Positions 21,801 to 29,233 of a stretch of DNA of 64,000 nt are shown one piece after another. Position 1 is the stretch's first letter. Each line of letters opens with the position of its first letter. The notes below the pieces were generated by a model. That model was not told the origin of the DNA, made no database searches, and saw only the letters and a program-made list of their open reading frames with translations. Origin of the DNA: Elusimicrobiota bacterium (GTDB lineage Bacteria > Elusimicrobiota > Elusimicrobia > UBA1565); the NCBI GenBank assembly GCA_041661185.1, contig JBAZUV010000004.1, positions 9,987 to 73,986 on the forward strand. The letters run 5' to 3'. Both the position numbers and the translations under genes were made by a program.

Positions 21801-22085
21801 AAGCGGCTGGAGCTCGTTGGACACAGGAAGCGTCAGCAGAAAAGGCAGTGCGTTCCGGGGAAGAAAGATGGCCGGACCGGAAGGGATGCCGGCAGCCGCG
21901 ATCTGCTGGACGGGAAGCGCTTGACCTGCGGGAACGGCCTGCGCAGCGCCGGAAACCGCGCTCTGCGCCCAAAGCTCATAGGAGCGCGCTCCGGGAGACA
22001 GCAGTATGAGCGCCGCGCAGAGCGTGCCCGCGACTGTCTTTTTACAACGGACTGCGAAATTATTCCTATCCAATGCCCGGCCCAA
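15804..22085 (-). CDS. Giant membrane-anchored multi-protease: HExxH metallopeptidase-like motif, two subtilisin S8 domains, HEAT repeats; true start probably near ~21100
   Basis: S8 #1 has the triad DIDTG, SGHGTHKAG, GSSMANPQVAAIA. S8 #2 has LDEGAD, LGHGTYG, AAGNEG, SGTSVAAEHTTG. HEAT/PBS repeats lie between them (VRQTAFLALAEI..., TRFTAVWLAGQLG...). KHEMGHYLQNG follows a 2-3 TM block. N-terminal residues ~60-300 translate the hairpin-repeat DNA (RHPGLDPGS...GFRRDD twice). Confidence 0.7.
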   Translation of the reverse strand: MGRALDRNNFAVRCKKTVAGTLCAALILLSPGARSYELWAQSAVSGAAQAVPAGQALPVQQIAAAGIPSGPAIFLPRNALPFLLTLPVSNELQPLAGSGVGVSVDVPKMEIFPDKQEASGAVNGKTLYSRHPGLDPGSRLLLGPGFRRDDGVVDASRDDEVGRKDEASKGVVRLFVRGAGRLWKALRGPSSFLDQAADGGIEASQQAAAEDFTRRLGGQGELGQAGGLEIQTPGEGRGAVGRRHPGLDPGSSLILDSGFRRNDEQGAVVSRDDGVVDVDRDDGVVGAGRTSGQVPALAARKSAQQEIRYRRVLFPAVLAALSAAVFITAAAVFFGSGWVLAHAALIHSPWLVEALAAFAEPLRVTMAAAGVMGAVFSGWALYDLAVFSWAVFFRADISDREFWDFAKAQLLEMGLHPSVISGLLGYAPGRGILRIYRPQRGRFSGFAFGVSQGDAIYLRPELARAPGLFQAVLKHEMGHYLQNGRREPLARRSKGLGGFFRGLSDEALARAGEWHSRQWLKSLRIPVLERVLKEAQVSLRLGAPYPVLIVEPSSSELLNPSAYDVLSEGRARVRGLYTGLPEKGLVVADPADMTGFASRENARVEPSELKRLLQAPEHAGRYRVIVLPNVHLSLPLEDSAENRRLEQALRSIDEAYRLEQRNRSSSREGFKSGGPLALRLKTLGDNIGVHVGGNGSVEGVSAALNKMMNEFSGTQLQDVGLADYLQALYAGLQDHGIVLLPFHSSDPGVALVERVFRFWTSSDNGEFQVQRVDLAEGGHVIVARKMEPRLNLWLTPAKGVSLPHSQLNLDTDPSAPAQDDLLRSFGFNDQERARFVQAGLRVRHVFGRDVGDNRIYVSVLKAYSKVLKRLSGARGVRFGASRGGYRVQLLESGIIQDVVPVWKLRIRGEGGRIYDIDTGLDVTHPDFADRILQCIDFVGEGPEDWSGHGTHKAGISYANGPLYKGMAPAAEGRMGKVFSQAGQGASDGDIMAAAVDAMKWGSDVVSVSLGSPGDSDAPLAEFFSHLLEQKSASGEPLIGTGSSGNAGPFNKTLSQPANARNMIDVGAAAKSLDDGVPETAFYSSVGPALDGRFKRYGLTRWVLKPDITALGGDVTTLPGNKDVYSQGITSVRSKDMPPGPSNTEDGLHTRMAGSSMANPQVAAIALLVKQAVRKVIGAGSAAYEYFRDQLSFCVKMLLMRSAVDMRVPVFFQGAGFVDALAAVKLAAETFGPAPGVSRFKLFRVLAAAAGLAAASPVPSWAWIDRAAQVQRLEDRVFNGAAEVGRQNAARSRDARAEGASEEPSEDDDEAVPEAVSAQDEQSVQARFAQLRAQAAPELRQALKDEVWVVRFYAAFTLMNLKAPEAVLDLAAAALSDEDGRVRQTAFLALAEIPHYGADELLRKACGDERPDVGLYAAYALARHGDVSGLPRIRAEMTNPDKKTRFTAVWLAGQLGGRASPEVVEALAGRVADASERGNIRHLAAASLTELANLNQALITDGAVCALLAAAGPGNLALTRTISKFFRTANRSAAFKTRLKKPPLRESAAGFVQAHKAAAGRPGALGELVSTLAKILDIPLDLPTPVQDRGGAGVAGVDPNLGPLHLILELPRANTKEGLLAPRVERFQDLRGGAKSAALSAAAGYGLEPAVMERFEADLQAAFPNAQALWVNVPDTQVLAFTAELESKGWRVHKARPVYPLLNETGPLSGIPEIRAASGLTGRGVLVAYLDEGADLSHPALAGDRIKGKRNFTAPGNAVDGEALGHGTYGMGIVGGRSVEGSPYEGMAPDVDFAVGKVLSADGGTDAMVMAGLEWAASLVQDPLKTPMIVNLSLGGQGRADSPFARLVDALRLKNITVIAAAGNEGPSPGSLDVPAKAELAIRVGAVDKSGALAFYSARGSADSAALSWVDYGGAVAFGMPNPYEIASAFASKLAQQAKDAPTTVLWQGKPLYRTFSGTSVAAEHTTGKFALLIEKMAAVLREKADGLPDGYSFYLESLIARTAAPLAGQGLLEAGAGLIDEKRALAALEEELKEPERVIAQSRDMMSRARERYGFFAARSADLPPARGWRQAVRDVFKRWVMGAAGLFLFPTR
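21225..21362. repeat. GC-rich GNRA-hairpin cluster 2 (includes a 3x direct repeat of tctacaactccgtcatcccgg extending into cluster 3)
   Basis: It contains gtcatcccggc..., gtcattccggcgaaagccggaatccagg and ctggaccccgggtcaagcccggggtgac. Confidence 0.55.
21625..21690. repeat. GC-rich GNRA-hairpin cluster 3
   Basis: gtcatcccggcgaaagccgggacccag ... ctggaccccgggtcaagcccggggtgac (an inverted pair). Confidence 0.55.
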
Positions 22086-22090
22086 AAACG

Positions 22091-23314
22091 TCAGCGCATG
22101 AAATAAAAGCCCGACTCATCTGCGCGCGGCTCTTCGTCCAAGACCGTTTGCGGACGCGTCCGGGACTTCCCGGGCGCCGCCCTCTGCGTCCGCACGGGAG
22201 CGGGTCCGAAGCTCTCGCGCGTGCGCCGCCGACGGAAAGAATCCGAATCGCGATCCTCCGCATCAGACCGCAAGGCCGGCTCCTCCTCCGCATCCCCCTG
22301 CTCCCCATGCGCGTGCGAATGCCGCTTGGACAGAAGCGTGCTGTCGGCTCCGATGCGGAAAGGCGCGGCCACGCCCACCATCAGTATGAAGCTCTTGTAG
22401 GACTGCGTCCCATAGGCCTTGACCTCCCCGTTGAAGAAATAGCTGGGGAAGCTCCCTTCATGCTGCACGCCGAAGAGCAGCCGGCTCTGAAAAGGCTCGG
22501 GCTTGCCGCTGGCCTCGCCGTAGGAAGGCGTGATGGCTGTCTTCCAATCCGAACGCATCCAGCCGTAGACGGAGCCGGTCATGTGATTGAGCCCCACTCC
22601 GCCGAAGGGCGTCCAATGCCCGTAGGTCTGGCTGAGCATCGCGTTGACGCCGTAGCTGCGCACGTCCCACTGCAGATGCCCGGTATTGAGGCTGTCGGCC
22701 GTGAATCCCTGGGCCAGCTCCATATTGCTGAACTCGTTGTGGAAATCGAAGCGGCCGAACACGCGGTTGAAGGCGCCGCTCACGCTCAAAAGCGGCAGGC
22801 TGCCGCCGAAGAAGTGCTTGCGCACGGAGAGTCCGACGGTGTTGATCTGCCCGCCCCCCTGCGTGGATTCCGAGAGCTTGTAGCCCTTGGGAATGGTGAC
22901 GTTGACCAGGCGCAAACCCATGTCCATGCGCGAGGGCAGGCCCATGCGCATGTGCATGGTCAGATTCGGGAATATGACCTTGTCCGGGAGCATGGCCCCG
23001 GGATTCTTCTCCGCCAAGGCCCGGACCTTCATCTCCGGGAAGGACTTTTTGTCATAGGGAAGCATGCCGATACCGAAGCTCAGATCCGGCTGCACGCGCC
23101 AGGGCCGCATCTCATTGGGCGGATCGAAAGTGGAACCGGCATTGAAGGCCAAGCCTTCCGCGGTCTGCCGCGTGATCCAGGTCATGATCTGCGCGTAATC
23201 ATCCGACATGCTGGGGTTCGCCGCTCTACATACGGGCGCGCGCGCGTATAAAAAAGTCAAAAGCAGGAGAACCGCCAAAGCACGAACAGGCAGGCTGTTG
23301 CGGATATTCTTCAT
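22091..23314 (-). CDS. Hypothetical exported beta-rich protein (possible outer-membrane beta-barrel) with acidic/basic low-complexity C-terminus
   Basis: 407 aa with signal peptide MKNIRNSLPVRALAVLLLLTFLYARAPVCRA, alternating amphipathic strands, and no recognised catalytic motifs. Confidence 0.55.
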   Translation of the reverse strand: MKNIRNSLPVRALAVLLLLTFLYARAPVCRAANPSMSDDYAQIMTWITRQTAEGLAFNAGSTFDPPNEMRPWRVQPDLSFGIGMLPYDKKSFPEMKVRALAEKNPGAMLPDKVIFPNLTMHMRMGLPSRMDMGLRLVNVTIPKGYKLSESTQGGGQINTVGLSVRKHFFGGSLPLLSVSGAFNRVFGRFDFHNEFSNMELAQGFTADSLNTGHLQWDVRSYGVNAMLSQTYGHWTPFGGVGLNHMTGSVYGWMRSDWKTAITPSYGEASGKPEPFQSRLLFGVQHEGSFPSYFFNGEVKAYGTQSYKSFILMVGVAAPFRIGADSTLLSKRHSHAHGEQGDAEEEPALRSDAEDRDSDSFRRRRTRESFGPAPVRTQRAAPGKSRTRPQTVLDEEPRADESGFYFMR

Positions 23315-23346
23315 GCCTTAGCGTTCATCACAAGTTCTTTTTCTTT

Positions 23347-23470
23347 CGTCATCCCGGCGAAAACCGGGACCCAGCCATCCGTCTCCCCGGCGAAAGCCGG
23401 GGTCCAGCTGATCCTAGATCCCGGCTTCCGCCGGGATGACGGCCTTACCGGCTCTCGCCGGAATGACGGG
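23347..23470. repeat. GC-rich GNRA-hairpin cluster 4
   Basis: gtcatcccggcgaaaaccgggacccag, ccccggcgaaagccggggtccag, ccggcttccgccgggatgac, ctctcgccggaatgac. Confidence 0.6.
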
Positions 23471-23802
23471 ATGCATGCGGACATCAGCGGGGAAGGGATG
23501 CGGGCCGGCTCCGGTCCGTCTGCCAAAGGAAGGCGCGTCTATCCGAACGGCACTGCAGGGACACCCGAGGGCGCAGGAGCAGCTCCAGCGAAGCCCAACG
23601 CGGGAAAGCCGCGCTCTGCTGTCCTTTTTTTCCGTGTTTTCTCATATTTTCTCCGATGGCCGACACCTGCCTGCCATCACTGCTATTATAAAGGGACCGG
23701 CGCCATCATGCCTGTGCCGCCGGACCCACCCCCCTCGAAGCAAAGGACCCAGCCCCACCCACCCCAAAAGACCCATACGGACCCGCCTCCAGCATAAGAC
23801 AA

Positions 23803-23834
23803 GGGAGCCGGACCTTTTTCAAGGCCCGGCTCCC
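23803..23834 (-). terminator. Possible intrinsic terminator after the LuxR-type regulator gene
   Basis: gggagccggacc-tttttcaa-ggcccggctccc forms a ~12-bp stem 25-55 nt past the stop, followed on the transcribed strand by the U-containing stretch uugucuuaug. Confidence 0.35.
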
Positions 23835-23859
23835 TTGTATAGATGGAAGGCGGCGTATT

Positions 23860-24537
23860 TTACGCGAAAGTACCTTCCTCCGCGGATATGATGCCCATCT
23901 CGATGCCTTTGACCACGGCTTCGGTGCGGTTGCTGACATCGAGCTTCTGGAAGATGCTGTTGAGGTGGTTCTTGACCGTCTTGACGCTGCAGCCCAGGGT
24001 CGCGGCGATCTCCTTATTGGACTGCCCGCGTCCGAGCAGGGCCAACACCCGGATCTCGGTCTTCGTCAGGGCCACCAAGGTCGCCTCGGCCGTGGCGCTC
24101 GACATCTGCCGCAGGCCCTGGATGAGCTTGCCCATGACCGGCTGAGGGATCATGACGCCTTCGTTGGCGAAGGTCTTCAAAGCATTGACGAGCTCGGAAG
24201 CCGGGAGCATCTTTGAGAGATACCCGTTGGCCCCGGCCTGGATGGACTCCATGACGTGCGCCTCGTCCTCATAGGAGGAAAGGATGAGGACGTTCGTGTC
24301 CGGGCACTCCTTGCGGATCTGCCGCGTGGCGCTGACGCCGTCCATATGCGGGAGCTTGATGTCCATGAGGATGACGTTGGGCTTGAGCTTCTTGGCCATG
24401 CGGACCGCTTCCGCTCCGTCGGCGGCTTCGCCGATGACCTGGATGGATTTCTCGTTCTCGAGAAGATCCTTGATTCCCTCGCGGAACAAAGTCTGGTCAT
24501 CCGCAATAAGGACCGTCAGTCGCTTCTTGGCTGCCAT
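23860..24537 (-). CDS. NarL/FixJ-family response regulator (REC + LuxR-type HTH)
   Basis: VLIADDQ, ILMDIKLPHMDG, SSYED and an HTH (LTKTEIRVLALLGRGQSNKEIAATLGCSVKTVKNHLNSIFQKL). Confidence 0.9.
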   Translation of the reverse strand: MAAKKRLTVLIADDQTLFREGIKDLLENEKSIQVIGEAADGAEAVRMAKKLKPNVILMDIKLPHMDGVSATRQIRKECPDTNVLILSSYEDEAHVMESIQAGANGYLSKMLPASELVNALKTFANEGVMIPQPVMGKLIQGLRQMSSATAEATLVALTKTEIRVLALLGRGQSNKEIAATLGCSVKTVKNHLNSIFQKLDVSNRTEAVVKGIEMGIISAEEGTFA

Positions 24538-24582
24538 TCTTCCCCCCTATCCAACGCGTACGATACAAAAAAATCAACACGC

Positions 24583-24645
24583 CGTCATCCCGGCGGAAGC
24601 CGGGACCCAGCAGTTGCCTGGACCCCGGCTTTCGCCGGGGTGACG
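24583..24645. repeat. GC-rich GNRA-hairpin cluster 5 (inverted pair)
   Basis: gtcatcccggcggaagccgggacccag-cagttgc-ctggaccccggctttcgccggggtgac. Confidence 0.6.
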
Positions 24646-24658
24646 ATGACGCGCCGCA

Positions 24659-25789
24659 CTAGGCCTTGGCGCGCCCTTCCTTCTTGGCGGCCGGGACCGC
24701 GAAATAAAACGTCGCGCCCTTGCCCGCGCCGGCCGACTCCACCCAGAGCCGCCCGCCGTGACTTTGGAGGATCTCCTTGGAGATCGAGAGCCCGAGCCCC
24801 AGACGGCCCTGGTTGCCGCCGCTGGACTGATAGAAGCTCTCGAATATCCTGGGCAGGTCCTCCTTCGATATGCCGTCGCCGGTGTCTCGCACCGCGAAGC
24901 AAACCTCGCTGTCCTTGGCCGTGACCTCGACGGTGACGCAGCCGCCCTTGGGCGTATGCCGCAGGGCGTTCTCCAGAAGATTCAGGAGCACCTGCCCCAG
25001 CCTCCGCTTATCCGCATGGATGTCCGGCAGCCCGGACGCGATCTTCGCGGAGAGTTCCAGCCCTCTTTGCTGCGCCTTGGCCTGGGGGCCGGCCAGCAGG
25101 TCCTCGATGAGCTTGCCGGGCTGCAGCGCCGTGCGCTCCAGGCGGAACTTCCCCTGCTCGATGGCGGCCCAGTCGACCAAGTCTTCGATGAGCCGGGAGA
25201 GCTGGGACAAGCCTCCGGAGATGTAGGTGAGCCTCTTCTTCTGCTCCGCGTCGGGCTTCAAGTTCTGCTGGAGCATGTCGAAGGAGACCTGCAGAGTCAT
25301 CAGGGCGTTGGAGAGGTCGTGCGAGGACATCGAAAGGAACTTGGACTTCATGTTGGACAGATAGAGCAGCTGCTCGTTGGCCTTGCGCAGGTCCTCGAGA
25401 AGCCGCTTATTGTCCTGCTGAAGGCGCAGCTGGTCCACGCACTTGTTGATGACGCGCTTGAGATGGTCGAAGTCCACGGGCTTGACGTGGAAGTCGTAGA
25501 CCGACTCCTGGATGGCCTTGAGCGCCGTGTCCAGGGAGGCGTGCGCGGTCAGCATGAGGATCTGGCTGTCCTTGTTGATCTTGCGGATCTGCCGGATGAC
25601 CTCGATGCCCGTGGTGTCGGGCAGGTTGTAGTCCATGAGGATCACGTCGAAGAAGTCCGTGACCACGGCCTTCATGGCCTCCGCGCCCGAGCCCGCCTCG
25701 GACACGGTGCAGCCTTCGAGCTCCAGGTTGTCCCGGATGCTGTCGCGAAGATGCGCGTCGTCGTCTACGATAAGGATCTTGGCATTCAT
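24659..25789 (-). CDS. Hybrid signalling protein: N-terminal receiver + HisKA + HATPase_c
   Basis: ILIVDDDAHLRD, ILMDYNLPDTTG, H-box LSMSSHDLSNAL, DTGDGIS, LGLGLSISKEI. The start overlaps the upstream histidine-kinase stop by 4 nt. Confidence 0.85.
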   Translation of the reverse strand: MNAKILIVDDDAHLRDSIRDNLELEGCTVSEAGSGAEAMKAVVTDFFDVILMDYNLPDTTGIEVIRQIRKINKDSQILMLTAHASLDTALKAIQESVYDFHVKPVDFDHLKRVINKCVDQLRLQQDNKRLLEDLRKANEQLLYLSNMKSKFLSMSSHDLSNALMTLQVSFDMLQQNLKPDAEQKKRLTYISGGLSQLSRLIEDLVDWAAIEQGKFRLERTALQPGKLIEDLLAGPQAKAQQRGLELSAKIASGLPDIHADKRRLGQVLLNLLENALRHTPKGGCVTVEVTAKDSEVCFAVRDTGDGISKEDLPRIFESFYQSSGGNQGRLGLGLSISKEILQSHGGRLWVESAGAGKGATFYFAVPAAKKEGRAKA

Positions 25790-27813
25790 GTGGGTCGCGC
25801 CTGTGTATCGGGGATGATGCGCGCCGTTTCAGGAGGCGCGCCGCCGGAGATCGAGTCGGGAATGGTCGGAAGCGGGCCGGGAGCGGGCAAGCGCGAGAGC
25901 TGCGCCGCGGAGCGGACCGCTCCGGGAGCCCCCGCCGCGCCGGCCAGCGGCAGATAGATATTGAAGGTCGTGCCCTTGCCCACCTCGCTCTGCACGTCCA
26001 CCTTGCCCTGGTGGCGGTCGACGACCTTGCGCACCACGGCCAGTCCCAAGCCCGTGCCGCGCGCCTTGGTGGTGAAGAAGGGCGCGAAGATCTTTTCGAG
26101 GATGTCGGGCGGGATTCCGGGCCCGGTGTCCGAGATGTCGATGCGCACCCAGCGGTTGTCGAGGACCTTCGTGGCCAGGCGCACGGATCCGCGCGCGGGC
26201 ATGACCTCCACGCCGTTGCCCACGAGATTGCGCAGAGCCTGGCGCATCTCGTCGGGGTCGATATGGACCGTCGGGTCGATCGGATCGAAGCTGCGGACCA
26301 CCTCGATGTGCGGCGGGAAGGGGTAGACGGAGAGCAGCTCCTCAAGGAAATAATTAAGCTTCATGTCCTCGCACTTGAGATCTTTCGAGCGGGAATAGGT
26401 CAGGATCTCGCTGATGATGCTGTTGGCCTGCTTGATCTCGCTCTCGATGATGGCGATATGCTTCTCCACCTTCGGGTCCATGGGCGCTTCGGACTTGCTC
26501 AGCTTGGCCTTGATGAAGAACGTGGAATTGTTGATGACGGCCAGGGGATTGCGGATCTCATGCCCGACGACCGAGGCCATCTGCCCGATGGCGGCCAGCC
26601 GCTCCTTCTTGATGAGCTCGTCCTGCGCGGCCTTGAGTTCGCGGGTGCGGGCCTCCACGCGCTTCTCCAGGAAGCGGGCGAACTTCTCCAGCTCCTCCTT
26701 GGCATGAACGAGCTCGCCCGTCTTTTCCTTGAGCGCCTCGCTCATGCGCATGAAGGATTGGGCCAAGTCGCCGATCTCGTCGTTGGTCGTGATCATCTCG
26801 GGCATGTCCTCGAACTGCCCGGCCTTGAGGCGGTCGGCGGCCTGCTTGAGCATGCTGATGGGCTGGGTGATGTGGTTGGCCACGGCCAAGGAAAGAAGGA
26901 TGGTCACGCAGACGACCCAGAAGATCACGCGGAAGATCTGCCGGCGCATCTCCTCGGCGGCCATGTAGGCCGTCTCCACGGGCTGCTGGATGTAGACGGC
27001 CCAGCCCAGGTCCTTGACGATGGCATAGGAACCCAGCACCATGCTGCCGTCCTTCATCTGGATGCGTCCGCCGCCCTTCTCGGCCACCTGGGTGGTGATG
27101 ACGTCCAGAATCTCCTTGGGCAAGCGGGCGTTGGGCCGCCAAGCCTCGCTGGGATTGGAGTGCGCGACCAGGAACCCGTCGACGGCCACGACGCTGGCCA
27201 CCATACGCCCGTTCTCGGGGAACTGCTGGTGCAGCATCTGCGAGAGCCCGTTGAGGCTGATCTTTCCCAACAGCACGCCCTTGGCCACGTTGCTCTGGGC
27301 CGAACTCGCGTCCTTGACCGGGACCGCGATGGTCACGGTGGGGTAGAGCCCCTGGAAGCGCTCCAGGGAGCCCACGTATTCGCCGGACTTCATCGCGATC
27401 TGGAAGGCCGCCTGCCCCCCGAAGTCGCGCATCTCCGGCTCCGGGCCCAGGAAGCGGCCCATGCGCAGGGTCTCCTTCCCGTTCTGGTCGAAGACCGAAA
27501 GCTCCAGGAAGGCCGCGTGCTGCTGCATGACGCGGTTGAGATGCCGCTGCTGCTGGACCGGGTCCATGGTGGAGAACCCTTCCAGGCGGGAGGCCACGGC
27601 CAGCACGCCCTTGAAAGTGGAAACGTAGTTGTAGACCGTCTCCGAGAATCCCACGGCCTGGGATTCCTGGCTCCGGATGGATTCGTCCTTGAGCACGTTC
27701 TGGGAGATGTTGACGAGCTGCCACCCCACCACCGCGATGGGCGCGATGGAGATCATCAAGAACCAGAAGATGAACTTATAGGCGAGCCGTCCCCGCCGCG
27801 GGGCTTCCATCAT
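25786..27813 (-). CDS. Sensor histidine kinase with ~250-aa periplasmic sensor domain, HAMP, HisKA, HATPase_c
   Basis: TM1 at aa 12-35, TM2 at ~290-312, HAMP (ITQPISMLKQAADRLKAGQF...), H-box VVGHEIRNPL, DTGPGIP, GLGLAVVRKVV. Confidence 0.85.
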   Translation of the reverse strand: MMEAPRRGRLAYKFIFWFLMISIAPIAVVGWQLVNISQNVLKDESIRSQESQAVGFSETVYNYVSTFKGVLAVASRLEGFSTMDPVQQQRHLNRVMQQHAAFLELSVFDQNGKETLRMGRFLGPEPEMRDFGGQAAFQIAMKSGEYVGSLERFQGLYPTVTIAVPVKDASSAQSNVAKGVLLGKISLNGLSQMLHQQFPENGRMVASVVAVDGFLVAHSNPSEAWRPNARLPKEILDVITTQVAEKGGGRIQMKDGSMVLGSYAIVKDLGWAVYIQQPVETAYMAAEEMRRQIFRVIFWVVCVTILLSLAVANHITQPISMLKQAADRLKAGQFEDMPEMITTNDEIGDLAQSFMRMSEALKEKTGELVHAKEELEKFARFLEKRVEARTRELKAAQDELIKKERLAAIGQMASVVGHEIRNPLAVINNSTFFIKAKLSKSEAPMDPKVEKHIAIIESEIKQANSIISEILTYSRSKDLKCEDMKLNYFLEELLSVYPFPPHIEVVRSFDPIDPTVHIDPDEMRQALRNLVGNGVEVMPARGSVRLATKVLDNRWVRIDISDTGPGIPPDILEKIFAPFFTTKARGTGLGLAVVRKVVDRHQGKVDVQSEVGKGTTFNIYLPLAGAAGAPGAVRSAAQLSRLPAPGPLPTIPDSISGGAPPETARIIPDTQARPT

Positions 27814-27934
27814 GCGGAAACTCTTTCCATAAAATCGTTCATGCGCCCGATAGAAGCCTCGCGCAAAATTGTGCCTCGCTCATCCAACTGAAACCACTCA
27901 ACGTTCCTCTTTCCTATTCAATGGTCCCACAAAG

Positions 27935-27963
27935 GTTGTAGCATCCGCGCGCGACATTTTCAA
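27935..27963 (-). promoter_or_regulatory. Candidate sigma70-type promoter for the histidine-kinase/hybrid-kinase/LuxR operon
   Basis: On the minus strand TTGAAA-17 nt-TACAAC sits ~115 nt upstream of the ATG at 27813. The match is weak and unverified. Confidence 0.2.
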
Positions 27964-27976
27964 TGCCCGGCCGGTT

Positions 27977-28028
27977 ACAAAAAAACCGGAGGATTGGATG
28001 TTGCAATTCGCAACATCCAATCCTCCGG
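27977..28028 (-). terminator. Rho-independent terminator of the CheY-like gene
   Basis: A 19-bp perfect stem (ccggaggattggatgttgc / gcaacatccaatcctccgg, 5-nt loop) is immediately followed on the transcribed strand by UUUUUUU (plus-strand A-run 27979-27985), ~15 nt after the stop. Confidence 0.75.
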
Positions 28029-28042
28029 AGAGAAGAGAGGGT

Positions 28043-28423
28043 TCAGCCCCTTCCGCGCGCAAGCAGCTGCCTTATGCGCACGGTCAACTCCTGCAGGTCG
28101 AAAGGCTTGGTGATGTACTCGTCGGCCCCGAGCTGAAAGCCCTGCGTCTTCTCCTCGGCGGAGAGGAAGCGGCCTGTCATCATGATGAGGATGGTTTCGC
28201 GAGAGTCCTTGCGCAGGGTCTGGAGTATCTGGAAACCACTGGAATCCGGCAGCTGGATGTCCATGATGACGACCTTCGGATCATGCTTCTTGGCCGCGTC
28301 GATGCCGTCCTTGGCGTTGCCGGCCTGGACGCAGTCGAAGCCTTCCATCTCCAGGACCTCGGCCAGACTTTCGCTCAGGTGGGCGTCGTCGTCGATGATC
28401 AGCAGCTTGGTGGGGGCATTCAT
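28043..28423 (-). CDS. Single-domain response regulator (CheY-like receiver)
   Basis: LLIIDDDAHL, VVIMDIQLPDSSG, MMTGR, DEYITKP. Confidence 0.85.
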   Translation of the reverse strand: MNAPTKLLIIDDDAHLSESLAEVLEMEGFDCVQAGNAKDGIDAAKKHDPKVVIMDIQLPDSSGFQILQTLRKDSRETILIMMTGRFLSAEEKTQGFQLGADEYITKPFDLQELTVRIRQLLARGRG

Positions 28424-28424
28424 G

Positions 28425-29231
28425 TCACACCTCGGAGCCGGGCGGAATGAGTTTATAGCCGACGCAGGGCACGGTCGTGATGAGGTCCGCGGCCTTGCCC
28501 AGCTTCTCGCGCAGGCGCCGCACGTGGACGTCCACGGTGCGCGGCGAGCCGAAGTAATTGTAGCCCCAGACGCGCTCGATGAGATAGGGCCGGCTGAGCA
28601 CGCGGTTGGGCGAACTCAGGAAGACGTAGAGCAGGTCGAGCTCCTTGGAAGTCAGCGGCACGTTCTTGCCGTTGACCTTGAGCGTGTAGCTCGTCAGGTT
28701 CAACTCGATGGGCCCCATGCGGATGATCTCTTCCTGGGGCTTGGTCATGACGCGGCTCAAGACGGCCTTGACGCGGGCCAGGCACTCGGCCACGTCCTGA
28801 TCGAGCGAGAGGCACTCATCGGCCCCGGCTTGGAAGAAGGCCAGGCGCACCGAAGTCTTCGAGGCCCCGCCGGAGGCCGGCGTGAACGGCGTGCCGCGTC
28901 CGGCCGCGCCGGCGGAACCGTAGGCCGGCAGGCGCCGCACGAGCACCGGCTCCGAGCCCGAGTATTGAGAGGGCGCGGGGTCCACGAGCGCCACGATGGG
29001 GAGCTGGCGCGTGGGACCGCGAGAACGCAAGGTCTTGACTAAGGCGAGGCCGTCCTCGTCGGCAAGGGTCTGTCCCACCAGCAGCATGTCGCAGCCGCGC
29101 TGGGCCAACAGTCCATGGACCTCTTTGGCCCTCTGGACCACGGTGAGCACGTAGCCGTTGCGTCCGAGAGCCTCCAGAAGCACGCCGACGCGATTAGGAT
29201 CGCGCGCGACGCAGACGATGCTTACACGCAT
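28425..29231 (-). CDS. OmpR-family winged-helix regulator with degenerate (pseudo-)receiver
   Basis: The C-terminus has an OmpR-type wHTH (LTSKELDLLYVFLSSPNRVLSRPYLIERVWG...RTVDVHVRRLREKL). The N-terminal receiver-like fold lacks the acidic pair (VCVARDP) and has Gly at the phospho-site (MLLVGQTLADEDG), with a Gly/Ala-rich linker. Confidence 0.8.
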   Translation of the reverse strand: MRVSIVCVARDPNRVGVLLEALGRNGYVLTVVQRAKEVHGLLAQRGCDMLLVGQTLADEDGLALVKTLRSRGPTRQLPIVALVDPAPSQYSGSEPVLVRRLPAYGSAGAAGRGTPFTPASGGASKTSVRLAFFQAGADECLSLDQDVAECLARVKAVLSRVMTKPQEEIIRMGPIELNLTSYTLKVNGKNVPLTSKELDLLYVFLSSPNRVLSRPYLIERVWGYNYFGSPRTVDVHVRRLREKLGKAADLITTVPCVGYKLIPPGSEV

Positions 29232-29233
29232 CC

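Noticed and set aside
15804-22085. Treating the N-terminal ~300 residues (including RHPGLDPGS...GFRRDD repeats) of the 2093-aa ORF as genuine protein sequence
   Set aside because: The same DNA repeats occur in clearly intergenic positions elsewhere (773-950, 23347-23470, 24583-24645, 57557-57665), so they are most likely non-coding here too. The signal-like segment at the very N-terminus leaves this uncertain.
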